Source: Guillardia theta CCMP2712 (Eukaryota > Protista > Cryptophyta). From it: 64,000 nt of DNA. The position numbers and the translations under genes are program-made. The notes under the pieces are model-generated. The model did no database searches and was not told the origin of the DNA. It saw only the letters and a program-made list of their open reading frames with translations. Below are positions 42,074 through 58,101 of the stretch, piece after piece (within the stretch, counting starts at the first letter, position 1; each line of letters starts with the position of its first letter). The stretch is from positions 98,044-162,043 of the forward strand of contig NW_005434533.1 of the NCBI RefSeq assembly GCF_000315625.1, written 5' to 3'.

Positions 42074-43167
42074 ATGGTCGTTCAACTGTATCACAAGCAT
42101 CCAAGGCAGCGGAATGCTGCGGCCAAACACGAGGACGGAGTGGATGAAAATGATGACTGGCCCTCATCCTCCTCCTTTGACGGCGGGCTACAGTCAGCGA
42201 TGCAGCAGAGACTGGTGGGAGTTTCAAGGCGATGGAAAGTCCGCAATCATGGAGCCTGGGAGCCTTCAACGAACATCTCGACAGAAACGTTCAATGATGA
42301 CTACTTCCGCAGAGTGAGGGAGGAGAATCGCCGCACCCTGGACAAGCTCAGGTCCAGTCACGCTCAGCACCTGGAGCAGGCGCACCAACTTCTACTGCGG
42401 GGCGACGCCATGACGACGGAGTTGGACAGGGTGGAGCTGACACTCCGCCTGCTGCCAAAGCTCAGCTTCTCTAATCAGCACGAGGCTGCTGATGGTCCCT
42501 CCATCCGCCCTCACAGCTGGGCCAACAACCGGTGGAGGAGCGAGGATGGGGAAGGACATGTGCATGCGGCAGGCAATGGTGGCAAGACCGCCATGCGACA
42601 TTCAGATGGACTGATGAGCAGCAGAGCGTATGCCGAAGTCTCTGCATCAAGCACGGAGAAGGAGGAAGGGAAGAAAGACTACGGCCTCTTCAGCGGAAGG
42701 ATCGGCGAGGTGAGGAACCGCTCAACCGGGAAGAACGGCGGGACGAACGGCGGGACGAATGTCGCGTGCTCGGGAGGAGAGAGCTGGAAGGAGCAAGGGA
42801 CGATGTCGGCAGGTCTGTTGGAGATGAGAAAGCTGGAAGGTGTGACTCTGACATTCATGGCATCGGCAGCTGTTGCTCCTCGGTCAAGAGACAGGTCAGT
42901 AGGTACCCCTAGCCCACACACTTGTGATTCCTTTGCTGTGTCAGGATCGTTGGGCCCGAGGACGTGGTCAAAGACTTTCACGAGAGGAAGTCCAAGGCCC
43001 TTGAGCTGATCTGGAGGCACTCGGGAGAGGAGGGGATGAGGAGGAGGGGCGAGTTTTGGGTGGAAGGGTTGGATAGAGTCATCGACGAAGTGCAGAGGAG
43101 GAGTGAGAATCGCAGGGAAGACAACGACAGGATGAAGCATGCGACGCTCTCCTCCTTTGTAGTCTAG
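42074..43167 (+). CDS. Hypothetical protein, 2 exons
   Basis: A long ORF spliced at a GT-AG intron (~42895-42944) to DRWAREDVVKDFHERK...SFVV*. Confidence 0.45.
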
Positions 43168-43579
43168 CTGGATCACCGGCATGCTCTTAACGAGACGGCA
43201 CGCATGATGCAAGGATACTGTTTCGAATGGATTTTTCTTTCCCACATCTCTCCTCCTTGCCGTCGTCATTTTTCCCTTCCGCTCACTCATTCTCTGCCCC
43301 TCTGTCACTCAAGCATCCTTCATCTTGCTCCTCGCTACCGCCCTCTCCCTGCCCCGCCCATCCCTCCCTTCCCCCCTCCCCTCGGAAGCTCTCCCGTCCT
43401 TATCCCTCAGCTCTTTTCATATATTTGCATAAAGCCCGCTCCCTTGCCCTCGTTGCAATCCCCCTCCCCTCCCCTACCTTCCCCCCCCCGCCCCACCCGC
43501 CCCCGGTCTCCCTCCACCCCCGCCGTCCTTCCCGCTCGCTTCACACCACAGGCCAGTACTCCTCGCCTCCCTTGCCAGC

Positions 43580-44769
43580 ATGTCGGAAGCGCAGATGAAG
43601 TTCTTGGAGGAGAGGAGGAGGCAGCGAGCTAGCGAGAGTCAGCAGACGTCCAACGGCTCTGCTCCAGACGATGGCGCAGGGCAACCTCAGCGGTACACCG
43701 GCTACGGGTCGTTCGGGGCACAGGAGGAGGCGCTGCCTGTGGTCAAGACGGAGGATGTGTGGCGATGGAAGAGCGGGGAGGGGAGGCTGGGAACCTACTT
43801 CGTCGCGCACCATCAACCCACAGGCGCGACTGTCGAGCTCTTGCAAGGTCCGTGATTGACCACTTGCGGCAACATGCTGATCAGCGTCCTCTTGCTCCTC
43901 ACAGACATGGTTGGAGGCTTCTCCTTCCAGCGCGTCAGGGGGAGTCAGGTAGAGGGAGGAAGAGGAGGGGGAGGAGATGGGGTGGGGGAGGAGACCCTGT
44001 TTGATGTTCGATTATAGATCAAGTACTGTACTCCTCTCGGAAGCATCCAGGATGAAGACTCTCCCTTCGCTCCTGCTGTCATGCAGTCACTTGCCAACGT
44101 TGTCCCTTGTTGCGACACGAAAGCTGCTGACATGTGCACGTAGGGAGGAGGAGCGAAGCTGGTGGCAGGAACGGACACAGGAGCATGGGGGAAGCTCAAG
44201 GTATGACCTGTTCCTGCATGGAGATGGGGAAATTGTCGCACTGCTCACTTGAGGATCATTACAGGAAGCGAAGCACAACCTCGTCTTGAATGCAAAAGTT
44301 CAGGAGAGTGACCGCAAATGTCGCTACATGTGCATCTAACGATATCTCTCTCTTCCCCCCCCCCCCCCCTCCCCCTTCTTCTTATTTCGATGGTTTCCGA
44401 ACTCTCTCCTGCTCCCAACTCTCTCGCCGGTCTCCCCTCCTGCACACGACTTGCATTTCTTCATTCTCCCGACTCTGCCTCACACATTTAATTCCTCTGT
44501 CTCTCGTTGCCACTTCTTCTATACAGGAGCGGTCGGGAGAAGAAAGTGCGGAGCTACACTTCACTGTGGATGGGTTTATCTTCAAATCTGTGATCATCCT
44601 CATCAACTCGCTTTCAGTCACTGAAGGTGCTCGTGGTTAGGCTTCAGGTGCAAAGAACGTGCTGGTCAAACAAGGAGAATTCTCCGTAATCAACCTTGAT
44701 GAGGTGAGAGTATCTGTGTATGCGACATTGCCGATGACCCTCTCCCAGTTCCATCGTTTGATACGATAA
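43580..44769 (+). CDS. Hypothetical protein, multi-exon
   Basis: MSEAQMKFLEERRR...EDVWRWKSGEGRLGTYFVAHHQPTGATVELLQ, followed by a series of ~50 nt GT-AG introns. Confidence 0.55.
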
Positions 44770-45032
44770 TCACAAACCATTCATCATCAGATGTTTCATT
44801 TCCATTCTACATCCACCTCCTCCATCCGCATTGCAGGTTGTGAGAATTTTGCTTGCATCAGAAGCACATGAAACAAATCAAAACCCCTGATTTTTTACAC
44901 AAACTGTTGTAGAAGAAATGAAGACAACATCGTGATAAATTTGATGGTTCAATAAGAAAGGATGTAGAAACGCCAAGACCACGTTCCATCACTTCTACAG
45001 TCGACAACGAAAACAGAGAAGCCGACAGGGAC

Positions 45033-45293
45033 TTAATCATCTTCCTTCTTGGGAGGTTTGCCGCAAGGAGAGAGCATCTTCTGCAAGTACTGGTACTTCA
45101 AACGCCCGATACTCTCGTTCTCCGCCACTGAGTTGTACGCTAGCAGGGAGTAATGCCCAATGTACGCGGCATACGTGTCCCGGTGTTGGTTCACCGCCCA
45201 TTCCCACTTTGAAGTATCGGCATGGCCAGTGCCGACATATTTCATCTGCAGGTGCTCCTGCTGACTGTAGACTGACTTGGCATCGGAGGACAT
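45033..45293 (-). CDS. SF3B5: Splicing factor 3B subunit 5 (SF3b10)
   Basis: SQQEHLQMKYVGTGHADTSKWEWAVNQHRDTYAAYIGH, the canonical SF3b10 motif; 86 aa. Confidence 0.96.
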   Translation of the reverse strand: MSSDAKSVYSQQEHLQMKYVGTGHADTSKWEWAVNQHRDTYAAYIGHYSLLAYNSVAENESIGRLKYQYLQKMLSPCGKPPKKEDD

Positions 45294-46021
45294 CTTTGGA
45301 AATAAAGTTTGACCGCGACTGAGTTAGAAGAGAAGTGTATCTGATTGGACCTTGATCTGTGTTTATCTGCTCTGCACTCTGCAACCCCCTTCTTCTTTCT
45401 ATGTCGTCCTGTTCCTGTACTGCCGATGCACTTTGATCCTCGTGCTCGTCCTCGTGCTCGTGCTCGTCTTCTCGTACCTCCTCTACCTCCTGTACCTCTT
45501 CCTCTTCCTCTCCCGCGCGCGCACCTATATAAATATGTATCCTTATAAATAATTTTATTGTGATTTTTGTATAGCATTTAATTTTTTGTAGTACTACAAA
45601 ATATTTGGTTTATACAAATTATAAAAACAATATTTTATTATTGAGCCGGCTCAGTAATTTAATCGTAGTGTTACTAAAACCATTCATAGTATCAATTTTA
45701 TATCTCTGGAAGGTTTCAAACCAGTGAACGGTTTCAACCGAGACGCCCGGGCCGGGGCGTGTAAACCGTTCACGGTTGAACTGAGAACCACCTGGCCCGG
45801 GCCGGGCCCGTCACACTTGGCCGGGCTCAAGTTTTCAAACAGTTCGGAGCCGCGAAGTTCGGAGGTTCTCAGAACTTCACATGAGTGGCCGGGAACCATG
45901 GTCGATCCTGGCACCTACTCAGTCACTGACGGTCATCCGAGCCTTGGATCTTTACTTGGAGGCTGGTAGTACGCTCTTTAAACCCTTCCTGAAGGCTAGT
46001 ATGGTACGACTTTAGGCTAGG

Positions 46022-49115
<3,094 letters not shown>

Positions 49116-49429
49116 GCCATCTGCAGATAACGAGCAGTATCCGTGAAAGTATCCGTAGCAGTATCCATGCCAAACCGCCTCATGAGACTCAGACTCAGAT
49201 GCAGTGCCATGATCCCGGCGGGCCGCCGGGCCGCCGGCCTCAGTACGGTACGGTACGGTACGGTCACCCGGCCCCGGGCCCGGGAGTCAGACCTTAAAAG
49301 TCCATGTGCTCCTAACTTCCTTTGAAAACGAGCCTCCTGGCAGCGGATGAAACCACCGTGACCGGAGGGCTCCTCATTCCATCTGCATCGATTTCCAACA
49401 TCCCGGAGTCCTGCCTACTATCATAGTAG

Positions 49430-49611
49430 CCTACTTTTACTCAAAGTTAAGTTAAAGATCAGTACGAGGACAATCAGGAGAGTCGAGGAGGCTCATAGTA
49501 GCCTGTAACAATTGATCGGACTCAGCCTTGCATTAAGCCGCCACTTGTCACCTCCTCGACTCTCCTGATTGTCCTCGTACTGATCTTTAACTTAACTTTG
49601 AGTAAAGTAGG
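49430..49611. repeat. ~61 bp near-perfect inverted repeat with 59 bp spacer
   Basis: 49430-49491 is the reverse complement of 49551-49611, with one T indel. Confidence 0.95.
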
Positions 49612-50280
49612 TCACCCCGACAGTTGCGAGCTCTTACTTGATGGGCCGGGAAGAGGCCCGGGGGAGGGGTCCTACTGGTTGTGATGGATTCTGTGGGGTG
49701 GTGGGGGTGAAGTTGAAGGGTAGGTCCTACTGCATATCTCATAGCGAAAATGCGAGGGTCGGACTTGGCGCTGATGCCATCATACAGCAGGTAAGGAGAG
49801 GAAGAGAGGAGGAGAGGAGGAGAGGAGGAGAGGAGGAGAGGAGGAGAGGAGGAGAGGAGGAGAGGAGGAGAGAGCGAGCAGGTTGCAAGACTGTCGAGCC
49901 TCGGATACCAGAAGAGATGGCCATCTCTTCTCCCCAATGTGGAGCGGGAAACTTAGGCCCGACAATGCAGGATCCAGTCAGTTGTATCGTGATGAGGATT
50001 GAAACTGCCATAGCAGACAGGCAAACTTTTGGGTGTTTGGCCAGACGGTGTTGAGAATGTTTCGTTAGAGGAGATGGTAGACATGCTCTCAACTGCAACC
50101 TCAAACTGCAAGATGTCAGGATGTAGAGACACTGATCTCTGCACGCAACTATCGCAGATCTCGTCGAACTCCCGCTGCTGAAGTTCACTTTGCAAACTTT
50201 GCCATTGAGAAGCTTGAAAGTACATTCACTTCTCACGCGGCTGGTGATGTTCCGGATTTCCATGTGCTCCCCTGATCAAC

Positions 50281-52133
50281 ATGTCAACAGAAGGAGAGTC
50301 AAGAAGGATCGAAGAGCCAGCCTCCTCGCATCCGTCCTCTGCATCTACCAAGGAAGCTAGGGAGGTTCCTCTCTACTCATCTCCAAGGAGGAAGAGCAAG
50401 ACAGACGGCTCAGGGTACGAGCGCAGGCTGCGCGTGCCATCAGTGATGTACGAGAACTTTGTAGGCGGGGCAACGGGCTCACGATCAACAAGGAGAGCAT
50501 CCTGAAGCTGGAAGTCAACAAGGGCGACACAGTGAAATTTGTATCGCAGCTCTTCTGATTCGTGAGCAGCACTGACATGACCTGCAGTTGGAGCACATCT
50601 CAAGTGAGCTCGGAGACGCCGGGTACTTCCATCCTGCCGCATCATGAGCAGAGACATGCTCTCCGGTGGACCTCTCACTCCTTCCTGCAGCATCATCAAG
50701 AGCAAGAGGAGGAGTTTCCCCTCGAGGACGAAGCGAAACACGTCTCCCCGATCGAGGAGCTCACGTTCATCTGCTCATGTGCGGATCGTTGCTTGCTCCC
50801 TACCCCAGCGTTTGATCGCCTCGCAGACTAGGAGAGCAGTCTCCACAGCCCTCAGCTCCCTCCTCCCTACAGATCCCTCCCGATCCTTCCCAGCTCTTTC
50901 TCCTCAGCATCCAACTGGTGGACAGTCGGTTGGTTCATCCTTCTGCTCTGCTCTACCCTCCCCTGGTCCCCTCCCCTCACCTCTCCCCTCCTCTCCCCTC
51001 ATTGCAACATCGCTGTGAACTCTGTACCCAGCAGGTCCCATCCAATCAGCCACACCCCTCCCCTTCCTCATGGGTGATCCTCTCCTCTTCTCCTATAACT
51101 CCTCATATCCCTGGCAACGGCAGGGGCTGGTCGACAGCTTCCTCTTGTCAAAGCCCAACATTGAAAAGCAGCTTCAGGTGCAGGGACATGTTTTGAAAGC
51201 AAACTCGCTTCTAACTTTCACGCTCACATCAGTTGCTCGACGGCAATCACACGAACTCCCCGGGTGCATGCCTTGGTTCACAACCTCCGACCCATGACGT
51301 GGCTGGGCAGGTTCGCAATCCTGGGACACGGCCGACAACTCCAAGGCGTCTAGCCCAGTCATGTCTGACATGTAAAGCAAGCGCTTGCAACACGAAGTGA
51401 ACTGAGTTGCGACCCTCCAGTCCCAGGTACGACGAAGCCAGGCTAAAGCTTGACAGGGAGGTCGAGCAGTACAACGGCAGCGATGACCTCTACGAGACTG
51501 CTCTGCAGGCGTATAGGATCGACCACCTCATCAGTCGTGCCTCCAACCCCATGCTCATTACCAAGTGCCACTTCTACTTCCCCGCGAGGTTCGGCATCTG
51601 AACGAGGCCTCGTGCTTGTGACTCGAGGTGGCAGGAAGTCCGGGCAAGAGACTCTGCTGCAGCCCTCCAAGAGCGAGCAAGGCAAGGGAGAGCAGCAGCA
51701 GGCAAAGAGCAGAGGACCGTCCAGGCTCGAGGACCAGGGGGAGCTGCCGAATCTCAAAGAGCTGTACCAGCAGGCCACCACCATCTATCGAGCAGATCAA
51801 GCTCTGACCCGCACCAGCTCGAACCCCCTCAAGATCTTTCCTCTCTCCAAGTTCCCTGCGAGGGGCAGCAACACATCCCCCTTCATGGCTGGCGAGGTCC
51901 CGCAGGAGGAGGCCGCCCAGGGCAAGGGCAGGGTCAGTCCCAAGAAAGTCCGGAGGCAGTTCAAGACTGGGAGGGCCCGGTCGAGGACGGCAGAGAGGAG
52001 CCTGTCTCGCGGCCTCCCGCTGTCCCCCCGGTCATCAAGTCCGCAGGAGCACTTCAAAATCAAGGACTGGGGCCGAGGAGGAGACTTGTTGATGCTGGGA
52101 AAGAACGTCCTGATGCTACCCAGCCAGCCATAG
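50281..52133 (+). CDS. Hypothetical protein with a two-copy ~35 aa repeat, multi-exon; 5' end uncertain
   Basis: DLYETALQAYRIDHLISRASNPMLITKCHFYFPAR versus ELYQQATTIYRADQALTRTSSNPLKIFPLSKFPAR. Confidence 0.45.
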
Positions 52134-55100
52134 GCTGCGGACCAGAAGCTCGTCGGAGGATGCGAGGCGGCGCAGCAGGGAGGATGATCCGAGGTAGGCA
52201 GACTCACTTCATCCTCGTCGATGTTCAGGAGCTCTGAAGGCCGGCGCTGGCTCTCCGGGTGAGCTCGCCCTCCTTGCCTTTCACTGATCCCTCTTGTGAT
52301 TGTGCGTGCCTGGTGTAGGAGGACGTGGCGACCTGCAGCTCCTCTTTCGCCTCGTTGGGCTTCCCCTTGCCCTTCCCTGCTGCGTGCGTCTTGCCCTGCT
52401 TGACCCTCGTCTTCTTCTTACCGTACATCTTGGTGTAGGTTCGTTGCATCCCTATGGTCCTGAGCCCTCCTGACTGGTGAAAGCGATCTCCGTCCACCAG
52501 AACCAGCTCGGAGTCCCACTCGGAGCCCTCGCTCCATGGCGACGGGGGCGACTTTGGGCTGAACTTGGGGATGCGGTGGGCATGCAAGCTTCTGCCTGCA
52601 GCGGAGAGCTGAAGTTGCGCCAGGTGGAGGAAGGTGAGAGGAGCGGCTCCGAAGCAACCGTCGTTGGGCATGTCGACGTTGTAAGATCCCGGGCCTGAGG
52701 AAGCGCGTGAGGAGGAGACAAAAGTGGGGAAGGAGAGGAAGAGGTTGGGGGAAGAAAGAGGAGGAGGTGGCAGGGAAGGAGGGGAGAGGAAGATCACCAG
52801 GGGATTTCCTTTCCATGCGATCAGAGGAGATGATCAAGGATTGGGAGCGGCTGTTGCGGGCTGGAGTGATGATGCGGAGCTTGGGGACATCGGTGGGGCT
52901 GAGCTTGCACGGGGAGAGGAGGGGCTCTAGAGAAAGCCCGATGCTCTCCTTGCTGCCAGGACGGAGCGCAGATGTTTCGATGCCCTGCAGCTGGGAGAAG
53001 GGGCGAAGGGTCTGGGCCATGGAATGAAGAGGAGGAGGAGGGCGAAGCGCGAGAGCACGCTTGTCGGGGCTGAGAATGTCGTAGCTCCCCGGGCCAGGGA
53101 TGCGACGGGAAGCGCGCATGAGCCTGTCGAGGTAGGAGGGAATCTCAGCCTGCCCGAAGCTCGCCTTGGGCTGCGAGTTGTGCGCGATCGAGTCGCCCGG
53201 CTGCGGAGATTGTCAGTTACATTGAGTAGCTTCCTCTCCCCTCACCCGTAGTGAGCCAAACTTCTTCCCCCAGGCTCCTGGCCCGGGCGTTGGCTCCTCC
53301 TTTTTCCCTTGCTCAACGAAGTCCTTGGATCCAGGGATGTGGTGGGACCAGGCGTACCCGAGCCAGCTGTAAGGGGCATCAGCGAGGAAGAGGAAGCAAG
53401 CGACGCAGCGAGCGAGCGGGAGCAGGAGGGGGTGCGAGGGAGCAGAAACAGGATGTAGGTCAGGGAAGAGGAGCAGGAGGGAGGACGTGGAAGGAGGAGC
53501 AGGAGGGTTCAAGGCATCCTCACCCTCCTGGCAGCTTGGCAGCTGAGCTCTGTTCGACCCCGAGGTACTCGCCGGGGCCTGGCGTATCCTCCAGCTCGGG
53601 AGGTTGAGGAGCGGAGCCGAAGGCGACAGCACCGTTGGTCTTGATGCTCAGGTAAGCTGGACGGTGGCAGAGGAAGGAACTGACCTTGAGGGTGGAGGGC
53701 AGCTGATACTGAGCTGGGCCGGGGAGCTGGAAGAGATCTTTGTTGGGGATGGCGAATCTCTTGGAGGACCCGAAGGAGGCAGCTGGGCCCGAGCTCGGGT
53801 GCTCCTGGATGGAGCCGACACCATGGTGGTCAACCAACATCTTGACCTGCACCAGCTTTGAGCTGAGGGGAGGAGAAGGGAGAGAAAAGAAGAAGAGAAG
53901 GACAAGAAGGGAAGAGAAGAGACGGGAAAGGGAGGAGATGACTGGAATGGAGGAGATGAGATGGGATAAGAGGATTACTTTTCTCTCATACACAGGGATG
54001 TTGGATTTTGTAAACTTGTCCTTCACAGTCGTGCTGTATGCTCCCGGCCCCGGCGTCTCGCCGACCTGACGCAATTTGACGTCGTCCCACTCAGGCACTA
54101 GGGCCGAGTAGTGACGTCCGCCAAAGGAAGGACCGCCCGGCTGACTGCTCGGCTTGCTCCTCCGCACCTCTTCAGCTGGAAGTGCGTGAGAGGAGGAGAG
54201 AGTCGAGCTAAGGGCTTCCAGCAGCTCGTCAGTCAAGCTGGGACGTCGGGGAGGGTCTCCGAACTTGGGACCCTTGTTGTGCAGGGTGGAAGGAAGGAGG
54301 TAGTAGCTCCCTTGCGGCTGCGAGGGGGGGGTGAAGAGGGAAACCCCTGAGAGTCTCCCGATGAAGCCCCCCTTAATGCTGGGGCGTGTGGCGGCGTCGT
54401 TGTCGTGGACGAATCTGAGTGATGGGTTCGTTCAAGCGTGCAGGTAGGAGGAGGAGAGAGGAAGAAGGAGGAAGAAGAATGGGTTAGGGAGGAAAGGAGT
54501 TGAGAGCAAAGCGAAGAAACAGAAAGAGGTGAAGGTGTGGATGAGGGCTTGTGCCGCGAGAACAGAGAGGGAAAGGAGGGGAGGGGACGAGTAGGAAGAG
54601 GAGTGTAGGGGGGAGTGTGGGGGGGAGTAGGAAGTGGAGAGGGAGGGGACGAGAATGACAACGTACTTTGAGAAATCATCGAAGCTCTGTGTGCTCTTCA
54701 CTTCCTCCCGAGCTGTCTGCACCTGGGTACTTATAGGTGAGACGAGCATGGCCTCTCCTCCCTCCTCACATCTCTTTGCGCCTCCTGCGCTGCCCTCCGG
54801 ACCTCTGTCAGACGGGAGATTCTCAGTCGTTCTTCTTCGAGCTGGCTGAGCATGAGATCCGTCTGTACAGCAGTCAACGTCGTGCCAACAATCGCGATAG
54901 GGTTGTCATACCTCCTTGTAGTCTGACATGTTGGTCACTGATACACATCGCCTCTGAGCTGCACAACGGTCAGTCCTGGTTCAAGGCAACCAGCGCCCTC
55001 CATGCCTTGGATCTCGCCCTTGGATACACCCTTGTCCACGGGGTTTGCCGGTGAATGGCTGCTGCCCACTGCTGTTAGCTGTTCTCCTTTTAGCTTCGAG

Positions 55101-55960
55101 AGAGATTCTGCAAGGTAGTTGAGATTCCAAAATTTTCTGTTCTCAGCTGGTGGGTTCAGAACGAGCTCCTGCTTCGTGACTCTTTTTTTGCAAGGATCTT
55201 CCTCCTCCTCCTCCTCCTGCTGCTGCTGATCCATCTCGTCCCCTTGATACCTAACACGCGATTGATCATTCATGGACAGGCTAGAGCTTGATCTCTTCTT
55301 CCCCCTGGTTCCCTCGTTGCTGTGCTTCGTTCGCTTCGCCTGCAGATGAGAATTCTTTCCTTGTCGCTCGACGAGGAAATGAACTGAGTCCCCTGCCTTC
55401 CCGGCGGCAAGGAACAGGTGTCCCGAATGAAACGAGCTCTCATCTTCGAACATGTGGATCAATCTGTCTCCGTGAGTGAGCCCATCGTACTCTCCAGGGT
55501 CGATGACGACGAGGTGATTGTTTACTCTCAGCCCCGTCTTCGCATCCCCGTGCTCGGGGCTGTCCCTCCTCTCCTCCTGGACGCTCTTGGACCGCTGAGG
55601 AACGTCGGGGGCAGCCAGATGCGATCGATCCGGTTTGGCTGACTTGGGACGATGGCCGAGGTGGTGGGAAGGAGCGTCGGAGGGCTGGGAGGACAAGGGA
55701 TGTCGAGGCTGTAGGGAAATGTCCTTGCATGCCTTCTGCAGCTTCCACCTCAGCATCACTTGCCAACACTGCTGGAAGTCGACGTTCCGGTGCCGTGAGG
55801 TTGGAAGGGAGGAAGAAGCCCTGCCGCAGAGAGAGGAGGAGAGCTGGTTCAGTACATGCGGGGGGGGCAAGGGAGGGAGAGGAGGATGACAACGATGTCG
55901 ATCATGAGCGTGAGAGGAGGAGACGCTCCTAGATCGAGCTGCTGCAGTGACGTTGCCCAC
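52060..55960 (-). CDS. SHIPPO-1/ODF3-like PGP-repeat (STPGR) axonemal protein, multi-exon; both ends uncertain
   Basis: Repeated TPGPGAY, LPGPAQY, TPGPGEY, TPGPGAW, IPGPGSY and GPGSY motifs, often preceded by SFG/AFG. Confidence 0.75.
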
Positions 55961-56085
55961 ACGGCATGACGGCTAGTCAACGGACGGGACTACCCCACCC
56001 TCTAGATTCAAAGCGTGCTGAAAGAGGGGTGGGGGATGAGTTGTGAATATTTTCTCTCTATTGGAGTCTCTCTAGACTAGCGCAA

Positions 56086-56235
<150 letters not shown>

Positions 56236-56394
56236 CATTATTAAAGTTCTCTTTTTAAATTCTCTCTCTGTCTCTGTCTCTGTCTCTGTCTCTGTCTCTG
56301 TCTCTGTCTCTGTCTCTGTCTCTCTCTCTAGAGCGGCACTTGTACTTTCATGCTTCACGTGGACCAGATCGAAGCTGACCTGCCCTCCTGACCT

Positions 56395-57210
56395 TCAGCA
56401 CTCCTCCGAGCTGTCCCTTGCTTGCATGTAGTGTTGAATCCCTTCGGCGGTTGGCGGAGCAACCCACTGCGGACTTTCTATTGAGCAGCTCATGTCGGGA
56501 GACGAGCCTGTAGTTTGCTCGTTGCTGTTCAGACACAGCGCGGTGCTATCTCTGTCCCTTCCTCCGCCCTCATCACACGATCCGCTCCTGTCTGTCACGT
56601 CGCTCGCTGGCCTTGGCGACTCACTCGACCCGTTCCTCCTCTTCACTTCCATTTCCTCCTCTCGCTTCCTCGGGCTCGATGCCCCACAAACATCTACTGG
56701 TACACCTGATGCCTGCCCCCCTTGTTCTTTCCCTAGCAGCAGCGACCCGCTGTCAGAGCTCTGCGAGTATGGAGGGTCCTTTCTCCTTATTCTTGGTTTC
56801 CTTGGCTTCGAATCCTTCGATCCTTTTGGTCGACCGGGACCTCGCGGGTGCCCACGGTCATACTCCAGCTTCTCCTCCATCGTCCACAGCTGTCGAGTTG
56901 TCTTCGCCCACGTCTTCCTGTCCCAGATGTCCCTCACGCACTTTGAGCTGACCGTGTACCTACTCCCAACCTCTGAGCTCTCTGCCGTCTTGCTCGCTGC
57001 TGCCACGTTGCGGCAGGAGTAGATCTCGAGGACCATCACGGGTGTCAGCAGAGCCTTGTCCTTTCTCTCGCTCTTGGGTTTCAAGACATTGCTGATTGAG
57101 GCCGTTTGCCTCAAAGACGCTGGAGAGGAGCTGATATCGTCGGAGCTGCTTGAGGGGGAGGGTTCAGTACCCTGCTGAGATGTGACGCTCATCTTGTTTG
57201 CGCACTGCAC
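56395..57210 (-). CDS. Putative DNA-binding protein: HTH-like domain plus AT-hook
   Basis: ALLTPVMVLEIY...EVGSRYTVSSKCVRDIWDRKTW, followed by RGPGRPKGSKDSKPRKPR. Confidence 0.75.
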   Translation of the reverse strand: MQCANKMSVTSQQGTEPSPSSSSDDISSSPASLRQTASISNVLKPKSERKDKALLTPVMVLEIYSCRNVAAASKTAESSEVGSRYTVSSKCVRDIWDRKTWAKTTRQLWTMEEKLEYDRGHPRGPGRPKGSKDSKPRKPRIRRKDPPYSQSSDSGSLLLGKEQGGQASGVPVDVCGASSPRKREEEMEVKRRNGSSESPRPASDVTDRSGSCDEGGGRDRDSTALCLNSNEQTTGSSPDMSCSIESPQWVAPPTAEGIQHYMQARDSSEEC

Positions 57211-58101
57211 GACACCAGCACCAAGTCAAGATGATCAGGATACTGCTTCGAACCTGATCGTCGAGTTATCAAGAGATACTCTTTGCACAGAACTCAATAG
57301 CAACGGATCGTACTTGTTATCAACTGGTGACAGCGGTTCTCTTTATGTTCTGCACGAATGCAATCATTAGATAAACCATATTTATGCATGCATGCATGCA
57401 TTCACTTCGCCGAACTTGGTTGGACCAAGAACAAAAGGAGGGTGCGTTGTAGACAAGAAAAAATGGAAGCAAAATGACCTGCACTTTCAACCAAGGGACA
57501 TTCCAAGAATTGAGCATCAGGATGAAATGAGATCAAGGAGCACTATCATACTCTCACTCTTGCTCTTCCTGATCGTGCTCTTCTTGCTCTTCCTCGTTTT
57601 ATCTACACCTTCTCCTGCTCCTGCTCCTCCCCTTTTCCTCCTCCCCACTCCTCGGGTCTCTCAAGGGAGTTGTGGAGGCGTCGTGGAGGACTCCGGGAAG
57701 CAGTATTGTAGTTGCAAGACAAATAGCCCCTGGTACCCCTGCTTTCAAGGGCTAGTTCTATGGTGGTCAGCATCCGAAGAGATATTTTAGCTTCGAGGCG
57801 GCGCTGAGTGAGTCTGCTCAGCGGCTGTGGGACTCGGGCCGGGACCGTACTCGGGCCGGCCCGGTGGCGCCGGACCGGCGCTTCACATAGAAACTTCCCG
57901 GAAACTTGTGACGCCCGGGCGCCGGACCCGTCACGCCGGGATCTGCGCGGCCCCCAGCCGGGTCACCAGTGGTGGGCCAGCCCAGCCTGATCCGATCATC
58001 GCCGCCGAGTCGGCCGGAAGCCCGCCCCAACTTCAAGTGATTTAAGGAGCATGCCACGCTGTAAGTTACATAAGAAGTGTACTAGCATGCTGACCTCCCC
58101 A

